Origin: an uncultured Chitinophagaceae bacterium
GTDB taxonomy: Bacteria; Bacteroidota; Bacteroidia; NS11-12g; UBA9320
Direction: 5' to 3'
DNA: 64,000 bases
Assembly: GCA_964613385.1 (NCBI GenBank)
Contig: CAZTGZ010000002.1
Location: 83,419-147,418 of the forward strand
Of this stretch, positions 31,622 to 42,329 are shown piece by piece. Positions within the stretch are counted from its first letter, which is position 1. The number at the start of each line of letters is the position of its first letter. Made by a program: the position numbers and the translations under genes. Below the pieces are notes generated by a model. That model saw only the letters and a program-made list of their open reading frames with translations. It made no database searches and had not been told where the DNA came from.

Positions 31622-34345
31622 ATGATCTCACATTCATACTTAAGCAATACAGATGTTTCAGCCCTCGATGATCTGTATCAAAAATACCTGAACGACCCGA
31701 CATCATTGGATGAGGGCTGGCAAAGGTTTTTCGAAGGATTTGATCTTGCCTATGGTAAAACCGGGTTGAATGGGAGTGCTCAGGCACAAGTTTCATCGGA
31801 GTTTCTGAAGGAAATAAATGTCCTGCGACTGATAAATGAAGGTTACCGGACCCGGGGACATTTGTTTACCCATACGAACCCGGTTCGGGAACGCCGTCAA
31901 TACCATCCAAATCTGGAAATTTCCAATTTCGGGCTCGAAGAGTCAGATCTGGATAAAACCTTTAATGCCGGTGTTGAAATCGGATTGGGCCCTGCCACCT
32001 TGCGTGATATAATCGCACACTTATCCGCAACCTATTGTGAGAGCATCGGAGTTGAATACATGTATATCAACGATCCTGTGCGCAAAGAATGGCTTAAAAG
32101 CAGGATGGAGTCGGGTAAAAACCGAACTGAATTAACCCTGGAGCAAAAAAGGCTGATTCTGGAGAAATTGAATCAGGCCGTTGTTTTCGAAAACTTCCTG
32201 CACACCAAATTTATCGGTCAGAAACGATTTTCACTCGAAGGGTTGGAAACGCTTATTCCTGCCTTGAATTCAGTGATTGAATATGGGGCAGATCAACAGA
32301 TAGAAGAATTTGTTATCGGCATGGCGCATCGCGGAAGACTCAATGTGCTGGCCAATATCATGAATAAAAGCTATGAGGAGATTTTTACCGAGTTCGAAGG
32401 CAAAGCATATGCAGATGCCATATTCGAAGGAGATGTTAAATACCATTTAGGATATTCTTCCAATCACGTTACCAGTCTTCAGAAAAAAGTACGCCTCACA
32501 CTTTGTCCGAATCCATCTCACCTTGAAGCAGTTGCTCCTGTGGCACAAGGGGTGGCAAGAGCCAAAGTAGACCACAAATACAAGAATCAGGTAAAAAGTA
32601 TATTGCCGATTATCATTCACGGTGACGCCAGCGTGGCAGGACAAGGCATTGTATATGAAGTTATTCAGATGGCAGGTCTGGATGCCTATGGAGTAGGTGG
32701 ATCTGTACATTTGGTGACCAATAATCAGGTTGGGTTTACCACCAATTACCTGGATGCCAGAAGCAGTATTTACTGTACGGATGTCGCCAAAACTACCAAG
32801 TGCCCGGTATTCCATGTAAATGGAGACGATGTAGAAGCCCTGGTGCATGTAATTCGGTTGGCTGTAGAATATAGACAAACCTTCCATAGCGATGTATTTA
32901 TAGATATTTTGGGATATCGCAAATACGGACATAACGAAGGAGATGAGCCTCGTTTTACCCAACCTATGCTGTACAAGGCCATAGAAAAACATCCGAATCC
33001 ACGGGAAATTTACCGCCAGAAGTTGATCGATGCCGGAAGTCTGGAGGCAAGTCTCGCCATGAAAATGGAAAAAGAATTCAAGGATTTACTCCAGGAAAAG
33101 CTGAATGAAGTGCGAAGCGACAAAACCATTGTTTCGCATAATCTTCCTTCAAACACCTGGCAGGCATACAGAAAATCGACGGCTGAAGATTTCGAGAAGT
33201 CACCGGACACCAAAATATCTGCTGCTGTTTTCAAAAAGCTGGCACAAAAAATCACAGAACTGCCAAAGGACCATCAGCCCATCCGAAAGGTTCAAAAAAT
33301 CTTTGAAGACCGGGCAGCCATGATCAAAAATGACCAATTCGATTGGGCCATGGGAGAATTAATGGCCTATGCGAGTCTTTTGCAGGAGGGCTTCGACGTT
33401 CGCATGAGTGGTCAGGACTGCGAGAGAGGCACCTTTTCTCACCGACATGCGGTGGTTAAAAAGGAAGATACCGAATTGGAGTATATTCCTTTGCAAAACC
33501 TGGATGCAAAACAAGGTCGTTTCGACATTTACAACTCTTTGCTCTCTGAATATGCCGTGCTCGGGTTTGAATACGGTTATGCCATGTCAAGTCCGGAAAC
33601 CTTAACCCTATGGGAAGCCCAATTCGGCGATTTTGCCAATGGTGCTCAGGTGGTAATTGATCAATTTATTTCGGCGGGAGAAACCAAATGGAAGCGATTC
33701 AATGGACTTACCTTACTCCTTCCTCACGGATATGAAGGACAAGGTCCAGAGCACTCTTCTGCCCGTCCGGAACGCTTTCTGCAACTATGTGCCAACCTGA
33801 ACATGCAAGTGGTTAATTGCAGCACCCCGGCCAACTTTTTCCATGTATTGCGTCGTCAGATGCATCGGAATTTCCGGGTTCCACTTGTGGTTTTATCACC
33901 CAAAAGCCTGCTGCGCCACCCACAATGTGTCAGTTCAATTGCCGATTTTACACAAGGAGGCTTTAAAGAAGTCATACCCGACCATGAAGTACCCGCAGAA
34001 AAGGCCAAACGAGTTTTGTTCTGTTCCGGTAAAATCTATTACGATTTGCTCGAACAACGCAAAGCATTAAATCAAAAAGAAGTGGCCATTGTTCGGGTTG
34101 AACAGCTGTATCCTCTGCCTGAAAAACAACTTCATGCCCTGATGGCTGCCAGTAAGAAAGCAGAATTTTTCTGGGTACAGGAAGAACCTAAAAATATGGG
34201 CACCTGGATGCACTTGTTGCGATACGACTGGCCTAAACCTTTGAAAGTAATCAGCCGACGTTCCAGTTCAACACCTGCAACCGGATATGCGGCCATCCAC
34301 AAGCAAGAACAGGAACAGATTACCAGAGAGGCGCTCACGCTCTAA
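31622..34345 (+). CDS. sucA: 2-oxoglutarate dehydrogenase E1 component
   Basis: 907 aa. ThDP-binding and E1 signatures (GDASVAGQGIVYE, HGYEGQGPEHSSARPERFLQL). Confidence 0.85.
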   Translation: MISHSYLSNTDVSALDDLYQKYLNDPTSLDEGWQRFFEGFDLAYGKTGLNGSAQAQVSSEFLKEINVLRLINEGYRTRGHLFTHTNPVRERRQYHPNLEISNFGLEESDLDKTFNAGVEIGLGPATLRDIIAHLSATYCESIGVEYMYINDPVRKEWLKSRMESGKNRTELTLEQKRLILEKLNQAVVFENFLHTKFIGQKRFSLEGLETLIPALNSVIEYGADQQIEEFVIGMAHRGRLNVLANIMNKSYEEIFTEFEGKAYADAIFEGDVKYHLGYSSNHVTSLQKKVRLTLCPNPSHLEAVAPVAQGVARAKVDHKYKNQVKSILPIIIHGDASVAGQGIVYEVIQMAGLDAYGVGGSVHLVTNNQVGFTTNYLDARSSIYCTDVAKTTKCPVFHVNGDDVEALVHVIRLAVEYRQTFHSDVFIDILGYRKYGHNEGDEPRFTQPMLYKAIEKHPNPREIYRQKLIDAGSLEASLAMKMEKEFKDLLQEKLNEVRSDKTIVSHNLPSNTWQAYRKSTAEDFEKSPDTKISAAVFKKLAQKITELPKDHQPIRKVQKIFEDRAAMIKNDQFDWAMGELMAYASLLQEGFDVRMSGQDCERGTFSHRHAVVKKEDTELEYIPLQNLDAKQGRFDIYNSLLSEYAVLGFEYGYAMSSPETLTLWEAQFGDFANGAQVVIDQFISAGETKWKRFNGLTLLLPHGYEGQGPEHSSARPERFLQLCANLNMQVVNCSTPANFFHVLRRQMHRNFRVPLVVLSPKSLLRHPQCVSSIADFTQGGFKEVIPDHEVPAEKAKRVLFCSGKIYYDLLEQRKALNQKEVAIVRVEQLYPLPEKQLHALMAASKKAEFFWVQEEPKNMGTWMHLLRYDWPKPLKVISRRSSSTPATGYAAIHKQEQEQITREALTL

Positions 34346-34405
34346 TCCTTCTCATATCATTTATTGGTATTAACCTTTCAGATATTTTGCATCTGAAGGT
34401 CTGTT

Positions 34406-34924
34406 CTATCGCAAATTTTGTGGAAGCAATTCATACAAACGCAAAATTTCCCGAGCCTTTTCTATATTTTTCACATAGTCAAATCCAATACTGACCAACA
34501 ATTGTATAGATGCCCGGTTTTCAGGTAAAGTAATGGCCCCTAGCACCGGCAAGGTATTGAATTTGAATAATTCACGAAGAAAAGCCACGGTCGCTTCCCG
34601 GGCGAATCCCAATTTAAGATACTCCGGCAATAAGGCAAAACCAACATCCGGATAATCCAGATCCTCTCTTTGCAACAGGGAAATTATTCCCATAGCCTCC
34701 CGTGAATCGAGATTCTCCATTACATAATACCGAATTACAGGCAGACTTAAGATTCCCTGAATATAAATGGTGCTTTCAACAACTGAATGAACATTCCGAT
34801 CTCCGATAAACCGGATCCAACCTTCAGAATTGAGCAATTTCAACATAAATGAGGCATCCCCGATCTCCAATGGTCTCAACCTCAACCGGGCCGTTTCTAC
34901 TATTTCAGGACAAATTAGCTTCAT
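34406..34924 (-). CDS. GNAT-family N-acetyltransferase (RimJ/RimL-like)
   Basis: 172 aa with GNAT fold motifs. Confidence 0.55.
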   Translation of the reverse strand: MKLICPEIVETARLRLRPLEIGDASFMLKLLNSEGWIRFIGDRNVHSVVESTIYIQGILSLPVIRYYVMENLDSREAMGIISLLQREDLDYPDVGFALLPEYLKLGFAREATVAFLRELFKFNTLPVLGAITLPENRASIQLLVSIGFDYVKNIEKAREILRLYELLPQNLR

Positions 34925-35391
34925 GGCCTGTATCCATATACTCTTACAGCCATCGCCGGAATTTTCCCTTCCAACAAACTAGTTTCTTCAAACTTCTCAT
35001 TGGGGATGAAAAATATTTCCATCAAAAAGGGGAAGGCTATTTTTTTTCCATTTTGTGTGCACGGTGTCCAACCTTGTATCAAATGCGTAAGCCGGATGGC
35101 TTCATTATCCAAATCCTCGCGGATCCCAATGCGAATCTTTTCAACACTTACATTACCCAAAGTGTCAATTATAAAGATGATTCGCACTTCACCCCCAATA
35201 TTTTCATTCAACGCTGACTGAGGATACCGAACGTTGTCATTGAATATTTTTTGAATGGCCGCATGCCCTCCGGGAAAAACCGGATGGGAAACAATATCGG
35301 TTCTCATAGGTTCATCCGCCTCTTCCACCTGTGCGCCGGCCATCAGACTACCTGGTATAAAAACCACGAGAAATACTATATATCTAAACAT
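34921..35391 (-). CDS. TonB C-terminal domain-containing protein
   Basis: Signal peptide plus a TonB_C-like segment (PVFPGGHAAIQKIFNDNVRYPQSALNENIGGEV). Confidence 0.5.
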   Translation of the reverse strand: MFRYIVFLVVFIPGSLMAGAQVEEADEPMRTDIVSHPVFPGGHAAIQKIFNDNVRYPQSALNENIGGEVRIIFIIDTLGNVSVEKIRIGIREDLDNEAIRLTHLIQGWTPCTQNGKKIAFPFLMEIFFIPNEKFEETSLLEGKIPAMAVRVYGYRP

Positions 35392-35571
35392 AAAAAGACG
35401 TTAAATATAGTTGTATAAAAGTCAAATATTCACTGAAATCTTGAACTCATCTATAAAACTTATCTCTATTTCGCTTATTCTGTATGTAAGCGTGAAATTC
35501 TGCCATCACTCAATAAAAATTGAATACATCGACGTATAATTGAACCATTAAATAAGCCGGAACCTTTATAC

Positions 35572-36144
35572 ATGAAATTCGCCAAAGAACTCAAACCTCT
35601 GTCATTCTGGCTCGACAAAAGCCTTGAATTGAGTCAAAGAGCCCAAGTGGAATTTTCTCATTTAAGTCCGGCAGCTCTGCAATTTAAACCGGCCCCCGGG
35701 CAATGGAGTATTGCCCAATGTCTCGATCATATTTGTGTATCCGACAGCCAGTACTTTTCGTTGTTCGATCAATTAAAGAATAACACCTACCAGCCCGGCT
35801 GGTGGGCGCGAAACAACCCCTGGTCTTATTTCTTAGGCGATTTGATGATTCAACAGTTGGGAAGCGAAGTGAAAAGAAAATACAAATCACCATCTATCTT
35901 TCTACCCTCTGAAAGTCAGGTTCATCCCGATATTTTTCAAACTTTTATCAAGCATACTGAACAAATGCGCCTTCGATTTTCGGAGATTGCGTCTCATTAT
36001 CAAAAAGGTACCATTGTTGCCTCTCCGGCGTCCGCTTTTGTAACCTATCCGGTTTCTAAACTCATTCCCTTGCTGATATTACACACGGAAAGGCATTTGA
36101 ATCAGGCAGCACGGATCAAAAAACACCCGCAATTTCCTGAATAG
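35572..36144 (+). CDS. DinB-family (DinB_2) protein
   Basis: Conserved His triad context (CLDHI...HTERHLNQ). Confidence 0.55.
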   Translation: MKFAKELKPLSFWLDKSLELSQRAQVEFSHLSPAALQFKPAPGQWSIAQCLDHICVSDSQYFSLFDQLKNNTYQPGWWARNNPWSYFLGDLMIQQLGSEVKRKYKSPSIFLPSESQVHPDIFQTFIKHTEQMRLRFSEIASHYQKGTIVASPASAFVTYPVSKLIPLLILHTERHLNQAARIKKHPQFPE

Positions 36145-36693
36145 ATGGAAAAAAGTCTTTGGTTACATGCCTTGAAAAAAGGTGACGCAAAGGCTTATGA
36201 AAGACTTTATGACCTTTACGGAAAAAAGGTTTATCACCTCAGCCTTGGCATACTCAAAAATGTGAACGACGCCGAAGATGCCGTTCAGGAAACATTTATA
36301 GAGGTGAGCCGGTCAGTACATCGCTTTCGGGATGAAAGTGATCTGGGCACCTGGATTTATCGAATAGCCGGTAATAAAGCCCTGGATCTGCTTCGCAAAC
36401 AAAACACCGCTAAAAGAAAAGGCCAGACGGTTGAGCCGGAATCTGTGAATCTGGTGTATCTCTTACACCCGGGAAAGGTGCTCGAAAACAAGGAAATTGC
36501 ACAAATTATTGATCAGGCGATGGAAGAACTGCCTGAACGACAACGCATTGCATTTACCCTGAGCAAAATAGACGGATTAAGTTATCAGGAAATTGCAGAT
36601 GCCTTGCAAACCACGATCGGAACTGTAGAATCTCTGATTTACAGGGCTCGAAAAACGCTTCAGGAAAAATTGGATAAATTTTATCGCAGTTGA
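36145..36693 (+). CDS. ECF-type RNA polymerase sigma-70 factor
   Basis: Region 2 (DAEDAVQETFIEV, WIYRIAGNKALD) and region 4 HTH (LSYQEIADALQTTIGTVESLIYRARKTL). Confidence 0.8.
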   Translation: MEKSLWLHALKKGDAKAYERLYDLYGKKVYHLSLGILKNVNDAEDAVQETFIEVSRSVHRFRDESDLGTWIYRIAGNKALDLLRKQNTAKRKGQTVEPESVNLVYLLHPGKVLENKEIAQIIDQAMEELPERQRIAFTLSKIDGLSYQEIADALQTTIGTVESLIYRARKTLQEKLDKFYRS

Positions 36694-36726
36694 TGAAATA
36701 TTTGAATAAAAAAAACATCTAAACAA

Positions 36727-36999
36727 TTGAATATGCAAGATAATTGGTTGAATGAAAAACACAGATTGCCTGACCCTCCCGAAGGACTCAGGTCTAATGT
36801 TGTATTGGCCGTTCAAAGAGATATTCAATTCCAAAACAGGCGCAGAATATGGAAAAGAGTTCTGGTAGCTGCTTCTATTGTTTGGATATTGCTGAACATA
36901 ACGGTGATATTTGAGTTTGTAAAATCAGACCAAAATCCATTGGCCGATTATTACCGGGAATCAGATTCGGAATATTTAAATTTGTATAGCAATCAATGA
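36727..36999 (+). CDS. Hypothetical single-TM protein, possible anti-sigma factor
   Basis: Lies directly downstream of the ECF sigma gene. One TM helix. No recognisable motif. Confidence 0.3.
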   Translation: MNMQDNWLNEKHRLPDPPEGLRSNVVLAVQRDIQFQNRRRIWKRVLVAASIVWILLNITVIFEFVKSDQNPLADYYRESDSEYLNLYSNQ

Positions 37000-37436
37000 G
37001 AAGCAAGGCGTTATATATAATCATAGCCATCCTGATTCTATTGAATTTGTCTATGTTATGGCTTTTGTGGCCCGGTAAAAGAGGTGCGAAACCTCCAAAA
37101 GCGCCCTGGAAACACTTGAGCCGTGAATTGTCCCTGAATGAGGAGCAAACACGAAGCGTAGAAAAACTATTTCACCAACATCGAATGGAAATGGATGCAT
37201 TCCATGTAAAATCAGATCTATTAAAAGAAAATCTTGCGGACGCCCTCATTTCAGAAAACGATAGTCTCATCCAAACTGTCGCTGACTCTCTGAATGCCAT
37301 TCATCATCTGCGCGAACAGAAAAGGATACAACATTTTAGAGATATCAGTAAACTGTGTACGCCTGAACAGAAAAAGAAACTTAAATCTGTCCTGAGGAAA
37401 ATATTCAAACAGCACCCTCCCCCAAGGCGACCCTAA
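36996..37436 (+). CDS. Spy/CpxP-like periplasmic protein (LTXXQ motifs)
   Basis: Signal/TM N-terminus. Two LTXXQ-like motifs (LNEEQTRSV, CTPEQKKKL). Confidence 0.45.
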   Translation: MRSKALYIIIAILILLNLSMLWLLWPGKRGAKPPKAPWKHLSRELSLNEEQTRSVEKLFHQHRMEMDAFHVKSDLLKENLADALISENDSLIQTVADSLNAIHHLREQKRIQHFRDISKLCTPEQKKKLKSVLRKIFKQHPPPRRP

Positions 37437-38075
37437 TTATTTTGTGCAGGTGAGTTTGGAGGAATTCAGAATTTCTTCCTTCATCTTCTGATGCTTATCC
37501 CAATGTTCTTCAAATGTCTCAAAAATAATCATTGCCACACGGCCTGAGCAGGGAAATAAGATGATTTCACCCTTTTTGAAACTTCCTCTCGGATTCTTCT
37601 TAGCCTCTTCGTCATCGAAAGGAGGCGATTTAATGATATAATTTCTCCGCAATGCCTGAACCCCCTGGAATTGTATGGTATCATAGTCATCTTCTCCTGC
37701 TTCCGCAAAAAACTCAACCGTATCTGAGGGCATGTCCGGAGCCGGATTAAAATATCTACCTATGGTCTCTCCTGCCAGCCAGTCAGCTTCCTGATCTTCA
37801 GGGTTTTCATTAAAATAAAATGCCATTTGCACTCCGGCAAATTCTCCAACTCCCTCCCGGTCAATTTTGTAGGAAATACCTCCGTAGTTGTATGAATACT
37901 CCTCACTTACCGGTTCCTCCCATCCCTTGGGAAATGAAACTGTCATCCACTCTGTCTTCAATTCTCGTGAATCATTTTTTGTCACAATCCCCTTTACGGT
38001 GAGCCAGGTATACAGAAAAAAACCACCTGCCGCCAGGGCAATCAGGACCAATACGATTACAACTATTCTTTTCAT
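37437..38075 (-). CDS. Hypothetical membrane-anchored protein
   Basis: N-terminal TM helix. No recognisable domains. Confidence 0.35.
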   Translation of the reverse strand: MKRIVVIVLVLIALAAGGFFLYTWLTVKGIVTKNDSRELKTEWMTVSFPKGWEEPVSEEYSYNYGGISYKIDREGVGEFAGVQMAFYFNENPEDQEADWLAGETIGRYFNPAPDMPSDTVEFFAEAGEDDYDTIQFQGVQALRRNYIIKSPPFDDEEAKKNPRGSFKKGEIILFPCSGRVAMIIFETFEEHWDKHQKMKEEILNSSKLTCTK

Positions 38076-38235
38076 ACTTTCACAAATCTACATATGTTTT
38101 AGAATTTCAACTATGCAATTGTTAAAAATCATTTTTTAAAAAAACACATTTTCAGGCGATTCCTAAAGAATACATACAAAATTCTCCTTTAGTTGCGTGC
38201 ATCTCTCTTACCACCGGAATGCAGAATTCAAATGC

Positions 38236-38889
38236 CTAAGAAACGATCTGAATATTAAAAGCCGCACTTTGCTTTGCGCCCCAAACACGCAGCCATAAAG
38301 GCAAATACATTTCTGTACCCCTGGCGGTGCTGATATCACCCAAATCCAGAATATGATCCGTTTTCCAGCCAAACGATTGTAGCAGTAAGCTCACGTCTTG
38401 CTTAGCTTCTGCGTCATTCCCACTTACAAAAACATGATGATTTCCATCGTTGATCATACCGGGATTCACCATCAAACCGCACCACATGGTGTTGAGCGTT
38501 TTAACCACTTTAACTTCCGGATAAGCCTGTTGAATCATCTCTCCCAATGATCCGGTATTAACCACGGATAAAACGGGTGGCATCCCCTGACTAAAATCAA
38601 GCGGATTGGAAACATCGATCAACACTTTGCCCCTCAGATTTGCCTCTCCCGCCATTTTCAAGGCATCCATCGTGCCGGCTCCGGAAGTACAGTTGATGAG
38701 CAATGATCCAAAACCGGCGGTATCGGCAAATGATCCTGCCAGGGCTTTACCGGCATGCTGTTCAACAAAAGATAAGGCCTTTGGATTGTCATGGGTTCGA
38801 GATCCCATCATTACTTCATGCCCGATTTCAATCAGTTTGGAGCCCAGGGTCTGCCCCACAGTTCCGGTTCCTAAAATGCCAATTTTCAT
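38236..38889 (-). CDS. NAD(P)-binding oxidoreductase (F420-dependent NADP reductase-like/ketopantoate reductase N-domain family)
   Basis: Rossmann motif MKIGILGTGTVGQTLG at the chosen start. The track ORF extends 7 codons upstream. Confidence 0.55.
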   Translation of the reverse strand: MKIGILGTGTVGQTLGSKLIEIGHEVMMGSRTHDNPKALSFVEQHAGKALAGSFADTAGFGSLLINCTSGAGTMDALKMAGEANLRGKVLIDVSNPLDFSQGMPPVLSVVNTGSLGEMIQQAYPEVKVVKTLNTMWCGLMVNPGMINDGNHHVFVSGNDAEAKQDVSLLLQSFGWKTDHILDLGDISTARGTEMYLPLWLRVWGAKQSAAFNIQIVS

Positions 38890-38972
38890 AATCGATGATT
38901 TTAGGGGCAATATATCTCTTTTCGACCGGAATATTCAAGACACCCCGACGAAGATATCGGACATGTAAACTA

Positions 38973-40544
38973 TTAATAATCTACGGTTTTAGTGGAAATC
39001 TTAGGTTCTATGTAAGTATATTTGATTTTCTTAGTGTCTGCGTTCTTTTTAAAATTAACCAGATACTCCATAATATCGTAATCCATGCTCTTTACATTGC
39101 CCGCATCTACGATCAACTCTGCACCTTCCTGAGTATCTTCCATCGTTTGTATGATTTTCGCCTTGTTTAGAAAAGTTACTTCTTCACTCAATGTCAGGAC
39201 AATACGGTCAGAGATATCATGGGTTTCATTCTTCAATAAATAGGCATTTCGATAATTATTGCGCAGGATGATAAAAAAACCAACGCTCAATCCAAATACT
39301 ATCCCTTCCAGCAAATCGCTGAAAATAACGCCCACCATGGTAACCACGTAAGGGAGGAATTGCTCCCAACCCAAACTGTACATTTGTTTAATCATGGCCG
39401 GTTTGGCGAGTTTAAAACCAACAACTATGAGCACCGAAGCCAATGCAGCTAAAGGGATCATATTCAGAATTCCTGGGATAAGTATGATACTCAAAACCAG
39501 AAAGATGCCGTGAAATATGGCAGAAACTTTGGTGCGCCCACCGCTTTGAGCATTGGCAGAACTCCGAACTATGACCTGAGTGAGGGGTAATCCGCCGATA
39601 AGCCCGGTTAAAATATTTCCAACACCCTGCGCTTTCAATTCGCGGTTCGTTGGTGTAGTGCGTTTAAATGGATCTATTTTATCTGTGGCTTCAACCGACA
39701 ACAGCGTTTCCAAACTCGCCACTACAGCAATGGTTCCACCAATCAGATAAGTATTTGGATTTAGAAATCCTGAAAAATCAGGCATAGTAAGTAAATTCCC
39801 CAAACCCTGAAGACCACCAAATGCCGGCAAATTCACCAAATGGGTCTGCTCGATTTCCAATCCGGTACCCAGGAAAATATTATAGAATAGAATTCCCGCC
39901 AACACCGCCATCAAAGGCCCTTGTACCCATTGAAAAAACTTCAGTTTCTTGAGCGCCTTAATCTCCCAAATCAACAGCAATACGAGTGACACCGCGGCAA
40001 TAATGATAGCTCCGGGACTAAACACATCCAACAGGTGAAACAATTCGCTTAGCGTAGTTTCTCCATCAATCTGATGAAATCCCTCATCACCTTCATAATC
40101 TTTATCATATCCGAAAGCATGTGGTATTTGTTTAAGAATGATGATAATTCCTATACCACTTAACATTCCTTTAATAACTGAAGATGGGAAATAATATCCA
40201 ATGATCCCTGCTCTGAGAAATCCCATCAACAATTGCAGGAGTCCGGCTACGATTACTGCCGGCAAAAAGAGCTCAAATCCCCCCAATTCTTTAATGGAGC
40301 TGAGCACAATCACGGCTAAACCGGCAGCCGGGCCACTCACCCCGATATGCGATCCACTCAATGCTCCAACCACAATTCCACCGATTACCCCGGCAATCAA
40401 TCCTGACATCAATGGTGCGTGTTCCGGCGCTCCCGAAGCCATGGCTATTCCCAAACACAGCGGAAGTGCAACAAAAAATAAAACTATGGAAGCAGGAAAA
40501 TCGTACTGTATATCTTTAAAATGATTCTTCATAAGCGTTGGCAT
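38973..40544 (-). CDS. SulP-family inorganic anion transporter with C-terminal STAS domain
   Basis: 523 aa, multiple TM helices, SulP signature region, C-terminal STAS-like domain. Confidence 0.8.
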   Translation of the reverse strand: MPTLMKNHFKDIQYDFPASIVLFFVALPLCLGIAMASGAPEHAPLMSGLIAGVIGGIVVGALSGSHIGVSGPAAGLAVIVLSSIKELGGFELFLPAVIVAGLLQLLMGFLRAGIIGYYFPSSVIKGMLSGIGIIIILKQIPHAFGYDKDYEGDEGFHQIDGETTLSELFHLLDVFSPGAIIIAAVSLVLLLIWEIKALKKLKFFQWVQGPLMAVLAGILFYNIFLGTGLEIEQTHLVNLPAFGGLQGLGNLLTMPDFSGFLNPNTYLIGGTIAVVASLETLLSVEATDKIDPFKRTTPTNRELKAQGVGNILTGLIGGLPLTQVIVRSSANAQSGGRTKVSAIFHGIFLVLSIILIPGILNMIPLAALASVLIVVGFKLAKPAMIKQMYSLGWEQFLPYVVTMVGVIFSDLLEGIVFGLSVGFFIILRNNYRNAYLLKNETHDISDRIVLTLSEEVTFLNKAKIIQTMEDTQEGAELIVDAGNVKSMDYDIMEYLVNFKKNADTKKIKYTYIEPKISTKTVDY

Positions 40545-40713
40545 ACAATAATACTAAAAAGGATTCACTTGATTTGTGTTATCGGACAGCACATCAATTG
40601 TACCATATAAATTCAAATAATGCTACTTATTTAGATCAAGTTCATTAACTATTCTTGCGACTGAAGAGTAAGTTAATAAAATTTCCATTTAGCAATACGA
40701 ATTTCAATGGTTT

Positions 40714-41080
40714 CAGAATGTGGGTCGTGGGCGGGGAACGGCCTGATTTGTCTTTTCGTAATCCGATTGGCTATGAAGGCGTGAAAACAAATTTTCGCAC
40801 CTTTATAGAGAAGTCTAGCGATGGGCGAACGGTTTATGTTCGATTGCCAGTCCAATTTTGTGATGATGAATACAAAATTCATTCAACACATATATATGAT
40901 GAAAGTGGCTCCCATCGCGGCTTACGCCGAATTAGCCTTAGCGGATAGAAAAGAGAAATTAAGCCTTGATTTTTTTTGCTTCTCCCGAAAGCTTTCGGGA
41001 TTGATCAAGCAAAAAAAGTTAGTGGGGTAACGTAGTTTTGTTTGAAGAGAAGATGACATTCGGGCAAAGCCCTAAAAACT
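40714..41080 (+). repeat. Copy A of a two-copy structured repeat of about 360 bp (unknown family) with nested hairpins
   Basis: Conserved blocks shared with 44671-45025 include GTGGG(C/T)GGGGAACGGCC, CTATGAAGGCGTGAA, GCGATGGGCGA…GGCTCCCATCGCGGC (an 8-bp inverted repeat GCGATGGG/CCCATCGC), TTAGCGGATAGAAAAGAGAAAT, AAGCCTTGATTTTTTTTGCTTC…GATCAAGCAAAAAAAG and GGGCAAAGCCCT. Copy A carries a perfect 16-nt palindrome, CCCGAAAGCTTTCGGG, at a hairpin tip. Confidence 0.7.
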
Positions 41081-41192
41081 TCAGCACATGAATTTAAGAT
41101 CAAATAAGTTGAGTTTTATAGAATCATAATTAGAAGGGCCAGTTGAATTTATATAAATTCTTTAAACAAGCGTAAATCTATATAAACTCAAT

Positions 41193-41747
41193 TTGGAGTA
41201 CCTTAGTGGCATGAAAATAATTGCTTTGATTCTGTCATCATTTTGGATCATATCCTGCCAGAAATCCGGAGATCACCACAATCATACCCATGCGGTCAAA
41301 GACCAAAAAGCACTTTCATCTAATAAAATTCCTGAATTCCAGGGACAAATCGACTCTGTTTCGCTGAAGACGCTATTGCAACGTTATTATACCGTAAAAA
41401 ATGCTCTGGTGGATGGAAATGCACGTGCCGCAGCGTTCACTGCCAAAGAAGCCAGCAACTTTGCAACCGGTGGAGATAGTGTTTTGCTTACCATTTCCGA
41501 TCAATTTCGGTTAATTTCTGAGAAGCAGGAATTGAGTTTACAACGCACCCATTTTTATACCCTAAGCGAATATATGTTCGCCGTAACTTCTAAAATTAAG
41601 CCGGATACCGCATCCATCTACCAACAATATTGCCCGATGGCCTTTGACGATCAGGGAGCCTTTTGGCTGAGCGATGAAGAGGAGATATACAATCCATATT
41701 TTGGTGAAGAAATGTTGCAATGCGGAATGGTCCAAAAAAAATACTGA
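41193..41747 (+). CDS. DUF3347-like lipoprotein
   Basis: Lipoprotein signal (LILSSFWIISC). His-rich stretch. CPMA…WLS…NPYFG…CG pattern. Confidence 0.45.
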   Translation: MEYLSGMKIIALILSSFWIISCQKSGDHHNHTHAVKDQKALSSNKIPEFQGQIDSVSLKTLLQRYYTVKNALVDGNARAAAFTAKEASNFATGGDSVLLTISDQFRLISEKQELSLQRTHFYTLSEYMFAVTSKIKPDTASIYQQYCPMAFDDQGAFWLSDEEEIYNPYFGEEMLQCGMVQKKY

Positions 41748-41748
41748 T

Positions 41749-42303
41749 ATGCATCCTGATTATATAACTTCCACAATCCGTCAATTCACCTATTACCGTG
41801 GTTTAGCCGAAAAGGCCATGGATCAGGTTTCTGACGAAGTTCTGTTTCAGATTCCTTCAGAAGATGGTAACAGCATCGCCATCATTACCAAACATTTAGC
41901 GGGGAATATGTTGAGCAGATGGACGGACATCTTTCAATCAGACGGTGAAAAACCCTGGAGAAACCGGGATGGCGAATTCGAAATGGATCATCATGATCGT
42001 CAGGCAGTTATGGCTTACTGGAATCAAGGCTGGAAATGCTTGTTCGACACCCTGGAATCTTTAAAAACCGAGGATTTGGAGCGCATCATATATATTAGAA
42101 ATGAAGGTCATACTGTGTTGGAAGCCATAAACAGACAATTATGTCACTATAGTTATCATATAGGACAAATAGTGATGCTGGCCAAAATTTCAAAAGGCTC
42201 GTCGTTCATTTCACTGTCCATACCGCGGAACCAGTCCACCCATTATAATCAGCAAAAGTTTGATGAAGCACCGGAAATACGACATTTCACCGACCGCGTA
42301 TAG
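41749..42303 (+). CDS. DUF1572/DinB-like protein
   Basis: The start is moved to the internal M at 41749 to avoid a 74-nt overlap with the upstream gene. Has a His-containing four-helix-bundle pattern. Confidence 0.45.
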   Translation: MHPDYITSTIRQFTYYRGLAEKAMDQVSDEVLFQIPSEDGNSIAIITKHLAGNMLSRWTDIFQSDGEKPWRNRDGEFEMDHHDRQAVMAYWNQGWKCLFDTLESLKTEDLERIIYIRNEGHTVLEAINRQLCHYSYHIGQIVMLAKISKGSSFISLSIPRNQSTHYNQQKFDEAPEIRHFTDRV

Positions 42304-42329
42304 GTCGGGCTTATTGTATATTTGAAGCC

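Noticed and set aside
40655-40948. ORF-track proteins 40655-40948 and 44591-44812 sharing VGGERPxLSFRxPxxYEGVxTxF
   Set aside because: The similarity arises from nucleotide-level identity of the repeat element. The ORFs have unrelated N- and C-termini and lose frame outside the conserved block, so a non-coding repeat is more parsimonious.
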